From an uncultured Gemmatimonadales bacterium (GTDB lineage Bacteria > Gemmatimonadota > Gemmatimonadetes > Longimicrobiales > Gaopeijiaceae): a DNA stretch of 64,000 nucleotides. The stretch is taken from assembly GCA_963809895.1 (NCBI GenBank), contig CAWELD010000003.1:1856001-1920000 (forward strand). The letters are read 5' to 3'. How positions within the stretch are numbered: the first letter of the stretch is position 1; each line of letters begins with the position of its first letter. The translations under genes were made by a program, and so were the position numbers. Under the pieces are notes generated by a model. The model was given only the letters and a program-made list of their open reading frames with translations, was not told where the DNA came from and did not search any database. Of the stretch, positions 61,781-64,000 are shown piece after piece.

Positions 61781-64000
61781 TCACTCCGCGCGCAACGTCT
61801 CCACGGGGTCCTCGCGGGCGGCGCGCCAGGCGGGCACGAGGGTGGCGGCGGCCGCCACCGCGAGGAGGAGCGCGACGGCTCCGCCCAGGGCGGCGGGGTC
61901 GCCGATCCGGACCCCGGGTACGACGGTGGATACCAGCCGGGCCACCACCAGCGCGCCCGCCATCCCCAGGAACAGGCCCAGCAGTGGGGCCACCATGCCC
62001 TGGCGCAGGATGAGCGCGAGGACCCTGCCGCGGGTGGCCCCCAGCGCTCGCCGCACGCCGATCTCGCGGATGCGGCGTCGGACGGCGTAGGCCGTGACAC
62101 CGTACACACCCACGGCCCCGAGCAGGAGCGCCAGCAGACCCAGCGCGCCGCTCACCCACGCCGCGATGCGCTGAGGAGCCAGGTACAGAGCCAGCTCCTG
62201 GGACAGCGGAGCGAGGGGTTCCACCGGAAGATTGGGATCGAGATCATGGATGATTCCGGCCACACGCGCTCGCACGTCCTCTTCGCCACGTCCGGGCTCG
62301 GGACGCACGAACAGCAGCATGTGGGCGTAGTACCACTGAGCCAGGGGCAGGTAATACGCGTTGGGGGTCGCCTCGAACATGCTCTGGTAGCGGGCGTCTT
62401 CCACGACGCCCACCACGGTGAGGTCCCTGCCCTCCTCCAGCGAGCCCAGATGGAAGGTCCGGCCCACGGCGTCGCCCTGGGGCCAGAGGCGACGGGCCAT
62501 GGTCTCGTTCACCAGCGCCACGGGCGTCGAGCCCTCCACGTCGGCGGCTCCGAAGTCCCGGCCCGTCACCAGGGCGAGATCCAGCGCCGCCAGGTAGCCG
62601 GGAGTGATGCGCAGGGTTCGGGCGTCGAAGCCGTACCGGCCCGCGGGGGGGTCCACGCCCTCGACGTTCACCTCGCCGAAGGACGAGCTCGAGGCCAACG
62701 GGAGCTTGTGGGCCAGCCCCGCCGCGGCCACGCCGGGTGCGCTGGCCAGCCGCGCGGTGAGCTCACGGAAGAAGGTCGCGCCCTCTTCTTCGGAGGTGCC
62801 GGTGAGCTCCAGGTCCAGGTCGGCGGTCCACACGCCCTCGGCCCGCCACCCGGGATCCACCTCGCGCATGGCCGCGAGCGTGCGCAGGAAGAGGCCCGCG
62901 GTGACCAGGAGGACCAGCGACAGCGCCATCTGGCCGGCGACGAGTGCGCTCCGTCCGCGGGTCCGGGTGCGCCCGCTGCCGGCGTCGCCCCGGATGGCCG
63001 CGATGACGTCGATGCGCGCAGCGCCCAGCGCCGGCGCCAGGTTGAACACGACCGCCGAGCCCAGCGCCGCCACGAAGGCGAATCCCAGGACTCGCCAGTC
63101 GAGGCCCATATCCAGGGCGAGCTCGAAGCCGGGTGGCAGGGGCGGCTGGAAGGCGAGGAGGAGCCGCCCGACCCACATGGCGAGCGCCAGGGCCAGACCG
63201 CCGGCCGCTGCCGCCAATACGAGGGACTCCGTGAGGAGCTGACGCACGATGCGCTGCCGACCCGCGCCCAGGGCGGCGCGCACGGCGATCTCATCGGCCC
63301 GCTCCACCGAACGGGACAGCACCATCCCCGCCACGTTCGTGCACGCCATGGCCAGCACCAGGCAGACCAGGAAGAGCATGGCCGACAGGAAAGCGGCCAC
63401 GTAGCCCCGAGCCATCGCGGGCACGGGGCCCCAGGGATCCACCTGGATGCGGTAGCGCGCCGGGGCCGAGCCCAACTCCGCCGCCAGCGTGGCACTCCCC
63501 ATGGCGCTCAGCTCTTCCGCAGCCGCCTCCGCCGAAGCACCCGGCCGTAGATGCGCGAGAACCTCCACGTCCCCCGCTCGCGCGGTGGAGAGGGATTCGG
63601 GGGAGTGGAGCCCCGGCACGGGCAATCCCAGGGGCACGAACACGTCCACCGGCGAAATGGCGTGACCCCGGAAGCCGTCGCCGGCAACGCCCACGACCGT
63701 CACCGGCACGCCGTTGAGCACCAGCGTGGCCCCGGGGATGGTGGCATCGGGGAGCCGGATCTCACGCAGCCGCTGGCTGATCACCACGACAGGCCGCACC
63801 GAAGGAAAGGTGGCCTCGTCGGCGTCGAAGAGCCGGCCTACCGACGCGTGCACGCCCAACACGTCGAAGTAGCTGGCCGTGACGCCCAGGGCCGCCCGCA
63901 CTTCGGGATGATCCGCTCCGCCCACGGCCAGCGGCGCCCAGTCCACGGCAGCCACCTCGTCCAGCGTGCGGCTGCCGCCGGCCATGGCCTGGACCAGTGG
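61781..64000 (-). CDS. ADOP-family duplicated ABC permease (5' end outside window)
   Basis: MACTNVAG, EIAVRAALGA, REIGVRRALGA, DPVETLRAE. Confidence 0.88.
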   Translation of the reverse strand, partial: PLVQAMAGGSRTLDEVAAVDWAPLAVGGADHPEVRAALGVTASYFDVLGVHASVGRLFDADEATFPSVRPVVVISQRLREIRLPDATIPGATLVLNGVPVTVVGVAGDGFRGHAISPVDVFVPLGLPVPGLHSPESLSTARAGDVEVLAHLRPGASAEAAAEELSAMGSATLAAELGSAPARYRIQVDPWGPVPAMARGYVAAFLSAMLFLVCLVLAMACTNVAGMVLSRSVERADEIAVRAALGAGRQRIVRQLLTESLVLAAAAGGLALALAMWVGRLLLAFQPPLPPGFELALDMGLDWRVLGFAFVAALGSAVVFNLAPALGAARIDVIAAIRGDAGSGRTRTRGRSALVAGQMALSLVLLVTAGLFLRTLAAMREVDPGWRAEGVWTADLDLELTGTSEEEGATFFRELTARLASAPGVAAAGLAHKLPLASSSSFGEVNVEGVDPPAGRYGFDARTLRITPGYLAALDLALVTGRDFGAADVEGSTPVALVNETMARRLWPQGDAVGRTFHLGSLEEGRDLTVVGVVEDARYQSMFEATPNAYYLPLAQWYYAHMLLFVRPEPGRGEEDVRARVAGIIHDLDPNLPVEPLAPLSQELALYLAPQRIAAWVSGALGLLALLLGAVGVYGVTAYAVRRRIREIGVRRALGATRGRVLALILRQGMVAPLLGLFLGMAGALVVARLVSTVVPGVRIGDPAALGGAVALLLAVAAAATLVPAWRAAREDPVETLRAE

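Noticed and set aside
59132..63550. 1472-aa plus-strand ORF and similar long shadow ORFs (47699-51547, 26154-28787, 42828-44729)
   Set aside because: Antisense to well-supported genes; expected in high-GC DNA and without recognisable motifs

Overview
High-GC bacterial DNA. The many PadR + duplicated-permease (ADOP) modules, a SprA-like gene beside pilB/pilT/pilC and lptFG, and DUF5916 and VPS10-type secreted proteins suggest Gemmatimonadota; this assignment is inference. Scattered single-base frameshifts, including in conserved genes such as pilT and sprA, point to an indel-prone long-read assembly. Layout: (1) ~1-33 kb is accessory, with five ADOP permeases and four PadR genes interleaved with toxin-antitoxin-type modules (two VapBC, Xre/MbcA-type + zeta-like kinase, Fic, AbiE). 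Three diverged copies of the 3' end of a LytTR regulator gene separate cargo blocks. (2) ~33.4-40.4 kb is a more AT-rich defence island: AbiJ/Abi_C, a reverse transcriptase - structured ncRNA - SLATT module resembling UG17/DRT10, and a SacI-family restriction-modification system with an HTH gene. (3) ~40.6-64 kb is core-like: pilC, pilT, pilB, comEA, sprA-like, lptF, lptG, a DapF with both catalytic Cys replaced by Ser, DUF5916, a VPS10-like protein and a sixth, partial ADOP permease. The best candidate for an interesting system is the RT-ncRNA-SLATT locus. Its 144-nt intergenic RNA has a 13-bp closing stem, four hairpins and an exposed AUCA-GA-AUCA segment that could template (TGATTC)n. No rRNA, tRNA, CRISPR array, integrase or transposase was recognised.
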